DNA of 64,000 nucleotides from an uncultured Alphaproteobacteria bacterium (GTDB lineage Bacteria; Pseudomonadota; Alphaproteobacteria; Rhizobiales; Beijerinckiaceae): NCBI GenBank assembly GCA_963767805.1, contig CAVYFP010000019.1, positions 136,039 to 200,038 of the forward strand, read 5' to 3'. Shown piece by piece: positions 55,481 to 64,000 of this stretch (position 1 is its first letter; each line of letters starts with the position of its first letter). The notes under the pieces were generated by a model. It saw only the letters and a program-made list of their open reading frames with translations, ran no database searches and was not told where the DNA came from. The position numbers and the translations under genes were made by a program.

Positions 55481-55822
55481 TCAAGATGTCGGGCGGAAGT
55501 TTGTAGGCCTGAGCGGAAAGAGATCGGCCTTGACGACGATATTGGCCGTGCTGACCCAGACCGCATATTTGTAGCTCTTGCTGCGGATATCGATCGACCA
55601 ATGCCAGTAAACGCCTTTTTCGCATCTTACCACGACCACGGTCCCGCCGCCGACCGCAGCCAGAGCGGTCTGTTCAGCCGCTTCTTTAGAAATGACGCAG
55701 TCGCCGGCGACGGCCTGCGCATCCGGCGCAGCGGCGCTCGCGGGAACGGATGAAAGCGAACCGGCGACGCCAAAAACGAGCGCCGAGCAAAGCAACGCAC
55801 GCATAGACAGCACATTCATCAT
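55481..55822 (-). CDS. Small secreted PepSY-like protein
   Basis: Signal peptide; ISKEAAEQTALAAVGGGTVV resembles the PepSY start; C-terminus may be degenerate. Confidence 0.55.
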   Translation of the reverse strand: MMNVLSMRALLCSALVFGVAGSLSSVPASAAAPDAQAVAGDCVISKEAAEQTALAAVGGGTVVVVRCEKGVYWHWSIDIRSKSYKYAVWVSTANIVVKADLFPLRPTNFRPTS

Positions 55823-56660
55823 ACTACAGTCTCCAGGCTCAAGACAATATTGCCTATGCCACAGACTAAACCACTATATAGAAGCATAAATGCGACAAAA
55901 AGCCGCCATTTTTCAGAATTTGCGGCTTCGATTTTCATCTTTATGACATAACCGCTTTCGTTACAACACTTATTCGTGATAATTGATTGTGCGTATTTCT
56001 ACTTTCAAGTATATAAAATCAATATAAATGGATAGATACTAACTTTTATGCCACTTTTTGGATCCAGATCGCCACATCAACCATATCGACTCAAGCCGAT
56101 AGCTCCTCTTCTTAAGGAGGAGTCGAGGTTGCTTCGTCGCAAATACGCTAAATTCGAGCGTCCAGCGCTTCGCCAAGCTTGCGAAAAACTTGAGTTACCT
56201 ACAAGCCGAAAACTCCCATCGCCAGATGCTAAGGTCAAGTTTTTCACTCCGCCTCAGCGCTAGGTTTAGCTCATGAACCTTGCCGCTAGCTGACGAACGC
56301 CGTCATTTATTACGCCCTCGCCTATGGCAGTCGCAAAAGCAGAGGACGCCGCAGGTATGACGCCCAAGCAGTTCGCGTCCTCGCGAAACAAGCGATTGCG
56401 GCCTGTTCAGAGGGAGGCGTGGGCGGCAGCTGGCGGCAGTGAAATCGGGAGTTTGCGATTAGCAGCGACGAACTGGCGCGCCTGGGCCACCCGCCTCCGC
56501 AAGCCGGCAACCGCCTGAAAGTTAATAAATTCGGCCGGAATGTATGGCGATAAAGTCAGCCTCGCTCTGTTTCATCGCTCCATATATAAATGGCCGAGCC
56601 TGGAAGAAACTCTCACGCATGAAAAGCACAGCTAGCCCGTCATGATGACAATAGCCGATA

Positions 56661-57467
56661 TTATTGATTGTATTCCCCGCCTATCAAATCATCCAGCCTC
56701 GTTATCATGGGCGAGAATTCACTGGCGTGAATGCCGCTGCGTCCTTCAAAAGGCCGATCATAGACTAAGACGAGACCGAATAGCGTCCCCAGCGTCGCCA
56801 TGTGAATCGTCAAAATTAGCTGCGAAAACGCTGTTTTGCTTGTCAGTATGAAAAAATGAAAAACCAACAAAATCTGCATGAAAAACACAGAGTAATAGAA
56901 TACTTCAGCAAGATTCTTTCCCTTATATTTCAAGCGATCGAATCGCGCTTCTATCATGTCCTTCAGGATTCCCTTTAAGTCCTCCTTCGTTTTGGACTCA
57001 CTCACATTTTGCGGCGAAAAGGTCTTAATAGAAACAACGAGATCATCGAGCAACTGCTCCGTGACCTCATCGCGCTCCGTTGTCTTCATAAATGCCCACT
57101 CTCTGTTTACAATCGACGTCAAATAAGCTTTAAGATATGGCTTTATCTGATTCATACTCTCGCTTTGCAATGGGGCCATAACTCTTTCCAAAGAGTATAT
57201 TGTTTCAAGCTCACGCTTGACGACCCCATTGATTTGTTGGACCGTCGAAACAGACTGCACGAGAACGAAAATCAAAAGAACAGCATTTACAGATACCAAC
57301 GTTCCAATGATTGTTACACCGTAATAGCTATCTCCTTTTATTGTAATTTTTCCGAACGCTATTTTAAATAAGTTATAAAACAGCAACCCGAGCAGACAAT
57401 ACACAGTGACGCAAAAGGCTACAATTTGAATATCGCCGCTTCCGAGAATTTGATCTATCAAGCCCAT
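56661..57467 (-). CDS. AT-rich divergent DUF4239-like membrane protein
   Basis: IGTLVSVNAVLLIFVLVQ, E...IY.L, LKAYL..IV..EW..M, EARFDR, VYDRPFEG..GI: same layout as the 26-27.8 kb pair, much lower GC. Confidence 0.7.
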   Translation of the reverse strand: MGLIDQILGSGDIQIVAFCVTVYCLLGLLFYNLFKIAFGKITIKGDSYYGVTIIGTLVSVNAVLLIFVLVQSVSTVQQINGVVKRELETIYSLERVMAPLQSESMNQIKPYLKAYLTSIVNREWAFMKTTERDEVTEQLLDDLVVSIKTFSPQNVSESKTKEDLKGILKDMIEARFDRLKYKGKNLAEVFYYSVFFMQILLVFHFFILTSKTAFSQLILTIHMATLGTLFGLVLVYDRPFEGRSGIHASEFSPMITRLDDLIGGEYNQ

Positions 57468-57606
57468 GCAACCCTCTCGCGCCTCGACTGGATATTCTCA
57501 ATCTTCAAACCGCCGCTCCCGCCAGGCCGCGGCGGCGCAGTAAACCGAGGTCGTCAGGCCCCTCGGCCCTGGAGAAACAGTTGCGCGAAAAGCCGCGGAA
57601 CGCGCG

Positions 57607-58287
57607 CTAGATCAGCCCCGCCGCGATATTGATGGTCAGCGCCAGCACCGCGCTGTTGAAGAAAAACGCCAGAATGGAGTGCATCAGCGAGACGCGGCGC
57701 ATTTCCTTCGAGGTGATCTCGACGTCGGCAGTCTGCGAAGCGACGCCGATGATGAAGGAAAAATAGACGAAATCCAGGTAATCGGGAAAGTCGGTGCCGG
57801 GAAAATGCAGCCCACCCGCGTCTTTCGGCTCCTTGCCGGGCTCCTGCTCCACCTCGTCGAAATATTCATGCGCATAGTGCGACGCGTAGATGAGATGGAT
57901 GAAAAACCAGGCGCTGAGAATCGTCACCCCGGCCAGCCCGACATGCAGGCCCTTGTGCAGTCCCGACATGTCCTTGGTGGCGGCGAGCTGCGCGATGATG
58001 GCGGCGATCGAGGCGATCGCCGCGAAACTCGTCAAAATCAGAATGAAAAACCGCCCCTCATCGCTGTCGCGGGCGCGGCGGCGCATCAACTCCGTGGTCG
58101 CCGTGTAAAACATGATTCCGGAGAGGATGAAATAGAGCCAGGTGCCGGCGTTCCAGGCGATCAGCAGCCGCGTCGTGTGATGAATGGTGGGCGGCAGGAA
58201 AAACCCGACCACGAGGCCAAACAGAAATGCGATGAAAAGCCGCGGATGGCCCCGGACAGTTGCATAGGGATAATCGACGCCCCACAT
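57607..58287 (-). CDS. DUF1345 family membrane protein
   Basis: SWFF-like AWFFIHLIYASHYAHEY, FPG..PDYLDFVYFSF.IG...QTADV, HSILAFFFN. Confidence 0.9.
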   Translation of the reverse strand: MWGVDYPYATVRGHPRLFIAFLFGLVVGFFLPPTIHHTTRLLIAWNAGTWLYFILSGIMFYTATTELMRRRARDSDEGRFFILILTSFAAIASIAAIIAQLAATKDMSGLHKGLHVGLAGVTILSAWFFIHLIYASHYAHEYFDEVEQEPGKEPKDAGGLHFPGTDFPDYLDFVYFSFIIGVASQTADVEITSKEMRRVSLMHSILAFFFNSAVLALTINIAAGLI

Positions 58288-58305
58288 CCCGCGACCCTTT
58301 ATCGT

Positions 58306-59238
58306 TCAATTGGCCCGCGCAGCCACGAAGCGCGCGGCCTCTTTCAGGATCGACGCATCGCGCCCTTGCGACAATAAATCGAGCGCGGCGACGGCCTCGG
58401 CGGCCAGCCGGTCGCGCCGCGCCCGCGCCGCCTCGAGCCCCAGCGCGGCGACCAGCGTCGCCTTGTTGCGCTCGGCGTCCTTGCCGGCCCTTTTGCCGAG
58501 CACCGCCTCATCGGCTTCGACGTCGAGAATGTCGTCGGCGACCTGAAAGGCCGCCCCCAGCGCATGGCCATAGGCCGAGAGCGCCGCGCGCGCCTTCGCG
58601 TCCGCCCGGCCAAGGATCGCGCCGGCGACGACCGAATAATGCAAAAGCGCGCCGGTCTTCATCGATTGCAGCTTGATCACCGCTTCGGCCGTATGCGGCT
58701 CGCGCGCCTGCTCGGCCTCCAGATCCAGCACCTGCCCGCCGATCATGCCGCCAAAGCCCGAGGCGCGGGCCAGCGCCAGCACGAGCTCGGCCCGGATCGC
58801 CGGGTCTTCATGGGTCAGCGGATCGGCCGTCACATCGAAGGCGTAGGTCAAGAGACTGTCGCCGACGAGGATTGCGGTCGCCTCGTCATAGGCCTTATGG
58901 GTTGTCGGCCGGCCGCGGCGCAGATCGTCATTATCGAGCGCGGGCAGATCGTCATGCACGAGCGAATAGCAATGGATCATCTCGACCGCGGCGGCGGCGC
59001 GCAGCACGCCTTCGCCTTCCGCGCCAAAGAGCCGCGCGGTCTCGACGACAAGGAAGGGCCGCAGCCTTTTGCCGCCGCCAAGGCTCGAATAGCGGATCGC
59101 CTCGAGCAGGCGCCCCGGCCGCGCGATCTCGCCGGGCAGCGCGGCTGGCGAAAGCAGGCGGTCGAGCAGCGCCTCGATCGCCTCGGCGACAGTCTTCAGC
59201 CGCCTGTCGAATTCCGCTCCGGCCGCGCCCTGCGTCAT
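58306..59238 (-). CDS. ispA: Farnesyl diphosphate synthase (geranyltranstransferase)
   Basis: GGKRLRP, HCYSLVHDDLPALDNDDLRRGRPT, GQVLD, KTGAL, FQVADDILD, GKDAE. Confidence 0.93.
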   Translation of the reverse strand: MTQGAAGAEFDRRLKTVAEAIEALLDRLLSPAALPGEIARPGRLLEAIRYSSLGGGKRLRPFLVVETARLFGAEGEGVLRAAAAVEMIHCYSLVHDDLPALDNDDLRRGRPTTHKAYDEATAILVGDSLLTYAFDVTADPLTHEDPAIRAELVLALARASGFGGMIGGQVLDLEAEQAREPHTAEAVIKLQSMKTGALLHYSVVAGAILGRADAKARAALSAYGHALGAAFQVADDILDVEADEAVLGKRAGKDAERNKATLVAALGLEAARARRDRLAAEAVAALDLLSQGRDASILKEAARFVAARAN

Positions 59239-59339
59239 GCTCGCCTCAACCTCTTGCCCGCGATCCGGCCGTGCTAGGGCCCGCCAATAATGTCGAGGCC
59301 CGGCTTGCCCGATCCGGCGAGATCGGTCAAGGCTCGCGC

Positions 59340-60030
59340 ATGGCGCCGCATTTCCGCCGAAGGGGTCTTTTCGGCACGATCTTTCTCGTCCTGTTCTCCC
59401 TCGCGGCGGCGCTGGCGATCGGCTTTGTCGCCCTGGCGCTCGCCTATATCACTGTGCCGCCCGTCTCGACGCTGATGCTGGCGCGCTGGATCAGGGGCGA
59501 GCCGACGACCCGCGTCTATGTTCCCCTCAGAGGAGATTTCGCCCAATCTGCGCGGCGCGGTGATCGCCTCGGAGGATTCGCTGTTCTGCCGGCATCATGG
59601 CGTCGACTGGGGCGCCCTCAGGGAAGTGCTCGACGAGGCCGACGAGGACGGTCCCTCGCGCGGCGCTTCGACCATCACCATGCAGACGGCCAAGAATGTG
59701 TTTCTCTGGCCGGGCCGCTCGGCGATCCGCAAGGGGCTCGAAATCCCGGTGGCGCTGTTCATCGATTTTCTCTGGGGCAAGCATCGCGTTCTGGAGGTCT
59801 ATTTCAACATCGCCGAATGGGGCGACGGGATTTTCGGCGCCGAGGCCGCCGCGCAGCATTATTTCCACAAAAGCGCGAGGCAGCTGAGCCTGCAGGAAGC
59901 CGCCCTGCTCGCCTCGGCCCTGCCCAATCCGCATCTGCGCGATCCCGCCCACCCGACGCGCAACCTCGCCCGCAGAGCCGGAACCATCGCGGCGCGGGTG
60001 AAGAACGAGGACACGAGCTGCGTGGATTAG
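59340..60030 (+). CDS. mtgA: Monofunctional biosynthetic peptidoglycan transglycosylase, frameshifted near 59529
   Basis: N-terminal TM anchor, then AVIASED..FC.HHGVDW, RGASTITMQTAKNVFLW, RKGLE, LEVYFNIAEWG. Confidence 0.92.
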
Positions 60031-60046
60031 GGGTTAAAGCCGCACT

Positions 60047-60150
60047 CCTCATCCTGAGGAGCGCACGCAGTGGGCGTCTCGAAGGATGGCCAACGCCTCG
60101 CGGGCACCGTCGCCCTTCGAGACGGCCTTTCAGGCCTCCTCAGGGTGAGG
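60047..60150. repeat. Rhizobiales-type palindromic interspersed element (RIME/MITE-like)
   Basis: CCTCATCCTGAGGA...GTCTCGAAGG...CCTTCGAGAC...TCCTCAGGGTGAGG nested inverted repeats, a common alphaproteobacterial intergenic repeat layout. Confidence 0.8.
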
Positions 60151-60222
60151 GCTTGGTATTGATCGAACGGAGCTACTTCTGACATGTTAACAGCGCAGCG
60201 TGAGACAGGAAGAAGACCTGTT

Positions 60223-60546
60223 ATGTCAGTTCGTTTGGTGCGGCATCATCAGCTGGCACTTTTAATCATTGCTATTGTTGCGATAGGCGGAGGATCGATA
60301 TATTGCTATGGCTGGGCGCAGGCAAATAAGTGTATAAACAATGACATTAACGAGCATCTTTATAAACAGAATATTGTTGATTTAATTAAAAAAAGGTCAG
60401 GCGCAGTCGTTAGTATAGACACAGTTATTATTGGCAAGAGCGCTCCGCACTTTGACGGCGACATCATTGTAGATTTTAGTGTGCCTACCCGGGGATTTTC
60501 GGGGATTGGCATAGGTAATGGATGCGGAATGCGCGAGATATTCTAA
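60223..60546 (+). CDS. AT-rich hypothetical membrane-anchored protein
   Basis: ORF with an N-terminal TM helix and markedly low GC; no motif recognised. Confidence 0.5.
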   Translation: MSVRLVRHHQLALLIIAIVAIGGGSIYCYGWAQANKCINNDINEHLYKQNIVDLIKKRSGAVVSIDTVIIGKSAPHFDGDIIVDFSVPTRGFSGIGIGNGCGMREIF

Positions 60547-60636
60547 CTGGAGCACAGCAGCGCGCATTGTCCTCACGCCGGAGCCTGAGTTCGACCCGTC
60601 CAAGCGGGGCGATCTTTGATTGTTTGTCGTCCATAG

Positions 60637-61140
60637 CTACTCCGCCGCTCCCTTTCTGACGGTTCCGATGGGCAGGAATAGAGTCGCCGGTCTACCGGCG
60701 AAGCGCCGGAATCCATGATGCTGATAAAATGCGACGGCTGCGGCGTCTTTGGCGTCGACGACCAGCGCGAAGGCCTTCATATCGCTTTTGAGAACCCGCA
60801 GCGCAGCATCGGCGATAAGGGCGCCGCCCAGTCCCTTGCCGTGGAAACGCTGATCGACGGCGAGACGGCCGACGAGGGCCCCCGGCAAAACCGGGTAGCG
60901 CGGCAGGCGCTTTAGAACCTCCACCGGGAGGTCGCTCGCCGGAACGCTCGTCGCCGCCAGCGTGTAGTAGGCGGCGATCGCCTGGGTCGCCGCCTCGACA
61001 GCGACGAAGCAACTCGCCACGAGCCGCTTCACATCCTGCGAGGCGTGTTCGCGGAGATAGCGGTCAAGCGGCGCCGCGCCGCAGGAGAACCTTGAGCGGT
61101 CATGACCGCCGAGCGGCTCGATGACGAAGCCGCCCTTCAC
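60637..61140 (-). CDS. GNAT acetyltransferase toxin (TacT/AtaT/KacT type)
   Basis: HDRSRFSCG...LDRYL, IAAYYTLA, P.YPVLP..LVGRLAVD..FHGKGLG..L..DA, VDAKD..A..FY.HHGF. Confidence 0.93.
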   Translation of the reverse strand: MKGGFVIEPLGGHDRSRFSCGAAPLDRYLREHASQDVKRLVASCFVAVEAATQAIAAYYTLAATSVPASDLPVEVLKRLPRYPVLPGALVGRLAVDQRFHGKGLGGALIADAALRVLKSDMKAFALVVDAKDAAAVAFYQHHGFRRFAGRPATLFLPIGTVRKGAAE

Positions 61141-61424
61141 CGCGCATTATCGATGAGCGCGCGATGACGGCGAAAGGCCCGGCGCAGCGCCGGCGTCGGT
61201 TCTGGCGGATTGAGGATCGCTTCGGCGAAGGCGCGCTGATCCTCGACAGAGAGGCGGATGATCTGCGTCTCCGCGATGGTGCGGTTGGCGGCGTCCTGCG
61301 CGGCGGCGACGACGAAGTCGCTGACGCTGCGGCCGGTGATTTCGGCGGCGCGCTTGACGACAGCGAGAGCGTCGGGCGCGATGCGCGCCTCGATGCGCGC
61401 CGTGCGGTTAGGTTCCTCGGCCAT
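61137..61424 (-). CDS. DUF1778 family RHH antitoxin (TacA/AtaR/KacA type)
   Basis: RIEARI......KRAAEITGRSVSDFVV.AA, IRLS.EDQ.AF.EA..NPP.P; GTGA overlap with the toxin. Confidence 0.93.
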   Translation of the reverse strand: MAEEPNRTARIEARIAPDALAVVKRAAEITGRSVSDFVVAAAQDAANRTIAETQIIRLSVEDQRAFAEAILNPPEPTPALRRAFRRHRALIDNAR

Positions 61425-61444
61425 TAGATCCCCTCCTTCTGTCA

Positions 61445-61465
61445 TGTACGGTAAATAGCCGTACG
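61445..61465. promoter_or_regulatory. Toxin-antitoxin operator palindrome
   Basis: GTACGG-TAAATAG-CCGTAC about 20 bp upstream of the antitoxin start; resembles operators of DUF1778-GNAT modules. Confidence 0.75.
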
Positions 61466-61553
61466 TTGCAAGGAAATTCCGCCCAGCGGGACCAGACCAT
61501 CGCCGTTTATAGAAAACGCGACGTCGACCGGATCGACGAGTCCCGAAGCCTAG

Positions 61554-63022
61554 CATTACAGTTGCGATTTCATGTGAGCGCGCCTTGCTTGGGCTTGATG
61601 TGCTCGCCGCCAGAGCGACCAAGCGATGACGAACTCCGGTCGGATTCGCTTTCGAGCAAGGCGCGTGGCGATGCGGCGGATTTCCTGCATGGACCAGCGG
61701 ATGAGCGATGGGCTGGTCAACGCCGCGTCCGACTGGGTGTCTTCGCCTTGCGCCGCATTGTTTTTGGGGGCGGCGCGACCGTATTGGCGTGAACGCGGAT
61801 CGCCGCCATCATGGCGAAGGCGAGCATGACCAGCGAGACGTGACGGCGCCATCCATGCCAAGAGCGCGTCTCGTTGTGATCGAGCCCGAGTTCGTTCTTC
61901 GTCGTTTCGAAACTGTCTTCGATCGCCCAACGATGGCCTTCGATTTTCGCCAGCCTTTCGATCGATGTTCCCCGCGGAGCCCAGGTCGTGAAGAAGGCGA
62001 GATCGCCGTCGGCGATTTTACGGCGGATCAAAAGTCCGCGCGTCCATGGCTGCCCGGCGAGCGCCTCGTTGTATTCGCCGCCATCGAGATCGGCGAGTTC
62101 GAGATAGGCCCAGTCGTGCAACCGCTCGCCCTTCGTTCCCGCGCCCGCCGAAAGACGCCGCCACGCGGAGACCGGCAAGCCATCGGCGATCTCCTTCGCC
62201 GTTCCAGCGACGGTCCGCGGCTTGCCCCAGGAACGAAACGGATCATTGGATTTCACGCCGAGCACATAGCCCTTGCCGGCGCGCCGCAACGCCATTTCAA
62301 TGTCGCCGACGCCATAGACCGTGTCGGCGGCGACGAAGGAGAACGGAACTTTCGCTGCAATGGCGCGCTCGATCATGACGCGCGCCAGCGCTGGTTTGGT
62401 CGCAAAGCCGCCAGAGGCGCTGTCGATGATCTCTTGCGGCACATGCGCCTTGGCCATGCGCGCCGGATCGTCCGTCCAGCTCTTGGGCAGATATAATTCG
62501 CGGTCGATGAAGGCGTGGCCGCGCGGCGCCACATAGCAGGCGAAGACGCCGATCTGGCAGTTGGTGATCTTGCCCGCCGAACCCGTATATTGCCGCGCGA
62601 CGCCGCAGGACGCCTTGCCCTGTTTCAAGAACCCCGTCTCGTCGACAACGAGAACCGCGTCGTCGTCGGCCAGGGTTTCGAGCGCGTAATCGCGCACGAT
62701 GTCGCGTAGCGCATCAGCGTCCCACTGGCCGCGACCCAGAATGGCCTGTTGCCGCCACGGACCAGGATCGCCAGCCGCTTCCGCCCGCATCCAGCCGGTC
62801 TTACGGCGCTCCTCGCCGAGCAGACCCTCGAGAAAATTCTCCGCGGACCGCGCCACCCGCGCTTGCGTAAACAGCGGCCGCATCCGACGCTTCACATCTC
62901 GCAGAGACGACGCCCACAGTTCCAACGTCGTCTCGATCGACGCTCCCGACATCCCGTGACCCCCCATGACGAATCATGGTGACCCAGTGAGTCAGAAATC
63001 AGATAAATCCGCAACTGTAATA
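61554..63022 (-). mobile_element. IS701-family insertion sequence
   Basis: Terminal inverted repeats (C/T)ATTACAGTTGCG; CTAG at 61550-61553 and 63023-63026 as target duplication; DDE transposase from 62952 (VDETGFLKQG..SCGVARQYTGSAGKITNCQ, ADTVYG, RWAIEDSF) with a shift at C6A5 near 61765 to the terminal IRWSMQEIRR..KSQL segment. Confidence 0.92.
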
Positions 63023-63025
63023 CTA

Positions 63026-63862
63026 GGGTCCGGACCCATAAAGGATTCCCGGCGGGACAAATTTATGATTCACCGCTCCCGAGGGGGACGGCTCATGATT
63101 CGCGACTATTTTTGGCTTTCGGACGATCAGTTTGCGCGGCTTCAGCCGCTTTTGCCGACGGACACGCGGGGTAAGCCGCGCGTTGACGACCGCCGGGTCA
63201 TCAGCGGCATTGTTCATGTGGTCAAATCCGGCGGTCGCTGGATCGACGCGCCGGAGGTCTATGGACCGCGCAAGACGCTCTACAACCGCTTCGTCCGCTA
63301 GGCGGCGAAAGGCGTTTGGGTCGACATGTTTCATGCGCTCGCCGCGGCGGGCGGTCCACCCGCGCAGGTGCTGATCGACAGTTCCGCCGTCAAGGCTCAC
63401 CGGGGCGCCGCCGGGGCGAAAGGGGGGAGCGCGCTCAGGCGATCGGCCGCTCGCGTGGCGGCAGAACCACAAAAATCCATGCTCTGACCGACGCCGCCTG
63501 TCGCCCCATCGCTTTTCTGCTCACCGGCGGCCAGGTCGCCGACTGTACGGCCGCCGCCCTGCTTTTGGAGAAGATGCCGGAAGCCTCGATCCTGCACGGC
63601 GACAAAGGTTACGACAGCAACGCCGTCCGCCGGCAGGCCGAGGACAAGGGCGCGATGCCGAATATCCCGCCCAAATCAAACCGGCGCTGGAAGAACTGCT
63701 TCTCGCCTCATCTTTATCGAAACCGCAACGCAATCGAGCGCATGTTCTGCCGCCTGAAGGATTACCGCCGGATCGCCACACGATACGATCGTCTCGCCGG
63801 AAACTTCCTCGCAGCCGTCTGTCTCGCCGCAACCGTCAGCTATTGGATATGAGTTCCGCCCC
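63026..63862 (+). mobile_element. IS5-family (IS427-like) insertion sequence with an inactivated transposase
   Basis: Imperfect TIRs GGGTCCGGACCCATA / TATGAGTTCCGCCCC flanked by TA; orfA (63096) has TAG at 63299-63301 where W is expected (LYNRFVR*AAKGVW); AAAGGGGGG shift site; orfB with GRSRGGRTTKIH, DKGYDS, RNAIERMF. Confidence 0.9.
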
Positions 63863-64000
63863 TAATCCGCCGCCAGCACGACGTCGGATGGTTTGAAGAA
63901 AGCGGCGAGCCGGTCGCCCGGCGCGATGCGCAGATCATCGGCGCTCTCGATCGGCGCGACGGCGGTCAGGATCTTGCCGTCGCCAATGTCGAGCTTGATC
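63862..64000 (-). CDS. TOBE (molybdate-binding) domain protein, 3' end only (ModE/Mop-like)
   Basis: Manual translation IKLDIGDGKILTAVAPIESADDLRIAPGDRLAAFFKPSDVVLAAD-stop; the stop codon abuts the IS5 end. Confidence 0.7.
   Translation of the reverse strand, partial: IKLDIGDGKILTAVAPIESADDLRIAPGDRLAAFFKPSDVVLAAD

Noticed and set aside
56280-56550. Possible phage head-tail protein or transposase remnant (..EFAISSDELARLGHPPPQAGNRLKV..)
   Set aside because: The resemblance is too short and vague to support without a database search.

Overview
High-GC alphaproteobacterial chromosome segment (Hyphomicrobiales; gene content is Methylocystis/Beijerinckiaceae-like, lineage inferred only). Core genes: moeB (partial), glmM, cpoB-tilS-ftsH, pal, moxR-DUF58-BatA/DUF4159, DUF1285-Nudix-cca, groES-groEL with CIRCE, an IHF-alpha paralogue, hisS/hisZ/hisG, an RNA helicase, bdhA-patatin, a Fur-family regulator, ispG, ispA and mtgA. 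Accessory patches: (i) a Trypco1-like gene plus two tandem DUF4239 membrane genes appended to hisZG; (ii) a lower-GC glycosyltransferase pair; (iii) an ArsR-SRPBCC-small membrane protein-Na+/solute symporter-flavin-binding operon; (iv) a 50.3-57.5 kb run of mostly secreted proteins. In that run, a very cysteine-rich protein gene is bracketed by an 81-bp duplication of the neighbouring gene's 3' end. The right end has a DUF1778/GNAT toxin-antitoxin pair and abutting IS701 and IS5 elements with recognisable inverted repeats and target duplications. About 13 genes, several of them normally essential (hisS, cca, ispG), are broken by single-base indels, most likely sequencing/assembly errors. No rRNA, tRNA or CRISPR array was recognised. 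All family assignments come from recognised motifs, not database searches.
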